This document shows, one piece after another, positions 62,559 through 64,000 of a stretch of 64,000 nucleotides of DNA. The stretch is from Octopus bimaculoides (lineage: Eukaryota). The stretch is from positions 58,713,128 through 58,777,127 of the forward strand of contig NC_068983.1 of assembly GCF_001194135.2 (NCBI RefSeq), in the 5' to 3' direction. A program made the position numbers and the translations under genes. Position 1 is the stretch's first letter; each line of letters opens with the position of its first letter. Below the pieces are notes generated by a model, which worked only from the letters and a program-made list of their open reading frames with translations, was not told the DNA's origin and made no database searches.

Positions 62559-63442
62559 TTAACCACCAAGTCCTATTTTTTTATTCATAGAATATTTTTT
62601 CATACATTTTTATATTTATTCATCTTCACCTCTCATCTCTACACACATCGTCATGTCTACGATATATTTTATTAGTTTTTTTTTTCTCAATTTTTTTTTC
62701 TTTTATGATTAGATTTATTGATTATTGATTATTCATCCTCATATTCATATATTTTCTCATAGATTTAGTTTTTATTATTTACATTCACACCTGTCTATCA
62801 ATATACATATATGTTTGTTTTTTTTTGCCAAATTGGTTTTAACATTATTATTGTTGTTGTTATTAATTATTATTATTTTTATTATTATCATTATTATTAT
62901 TATTGAGTAAGTCAGTAGCGCATACCCTTAATGTGATGCTGAGCTACAATTATAATTATTAGTACTGTTATTATTATTATTATTATTATTATCATAATCA
63001 TCATTATTTTACCCACTTCTTTTGTCAGGTTTCTTCTTCAATCCACCTGTCATCACCACAGCTGACAGCAAAATGCCTCAGCTCACCTTCATTAATTATC
63101 CATCACCTTCCGAACAATACAACATTCCTGAAGGTCAGCCCCACTATGACCTGTATATATTTCCAACTTTCATAGAATAATTCTTCTCTTTCTCTTCCTC
63201 TCTGTTTCTCCATCCTCCAATTTAAATGATGATCAATGATCAATAGAATCACTTAGCCTCTTCCAATTAGAATTCACATCAAGCATTCACACTAAACAAT
63301 CATTAAAAGATAAAATATTCATAAAACCCCATCGTACACACACTCATGATTGAACATGTACACACATCCAGAAATCAAAGCTACCCTACCAGTAATGATC
63401 AATGGAAATCCCAGCATGCAGTCTTTGCAAACACTTCCTATA
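62558..63442. repeat. Right arm of the long inverted duplication
   Basis: See 60320-61145. Confidence 0.92.
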
Positions 63443-64000
63443 ATCCAAAGCTCTCTGTTGCTGGATATATACAGGGTTAGTAACATGTTTATTTATTTAC
63501 ATGTTCAGCATTAAAACATGGGTTTTCATAGGTAATTTGCTTTCTACAAGGACTGAGTAAAGCGACCCACAGTTTTATAAACATCAAACACGGTATAACC
63601 AGTTGCCCGAGAAACAGACGTGAAACGAAGCCGCAGCAGCACGAGTAAAGAAACTCAATATGTCATCACCATCGTCATCAATATCAGCGTGATTGTTAAT
63701 GTCGTTGTAATATCAGCTTTCCCATACTTTTGTAAATTGGACGGGATTCGTTCAGGCAGATTTTCCACTATCGGATGATTTTCTTGTTGCCTGATCATTA
63801 CCTGTTTCCAAGCAAGGTAATATTTCCTCATGGCTGGACCTGTTTTTTCACGAAAGACTAATGATAAATGAAATCACTCGTATACTGGTGAAACTTGTTT
63901 ACAACCATCATGTGATGTCATGACAAGGAGACACACAAAAATGGACATTTATATATACGCATACATATGTATGTATACGTATATATACGTTTGTATACGT

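Overview
AT-rich, microsatellite-dense eukaryotic DNA with draft-assembly N gaps. The repeat content suggests a coleoid cephalopod, probably Octopus; this is an inference. No intact host gene, rRNA or true tRNA can be supported. The window is a layered field of transposon relics: (1) several tRNA-headed SINE families, which I label SINE-A to SINE-E for this report only; (2) RTE, R4/Dong-like, CR1-like and L1/Tx1-like LINE relics; (3) mariner/Tc1 relics and MITEs; (4) two Helentron/HINE-like elements; (5) several long inverted or direct duplications. The most interesting signals are: minimal type-I hammerhead-ribozyme-like motifs, in a 250-bp foldback (1451-1701) and in a tRNA-headed SINE (4500-4880, 12864-13097); a Tx1-like LINE with both ends preserved, sitting in a (GATA)n array, lacking its RT, and sharing its 3' end with a SINE; a PHD finger embedded in an RTE ORF2; and a ~3.1-kb region bounded by ~0.8-kb inverted arms at 60.3-63.4 kb. 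All alignments and folds were done by eye, and unmarked element boundaries are approximate.
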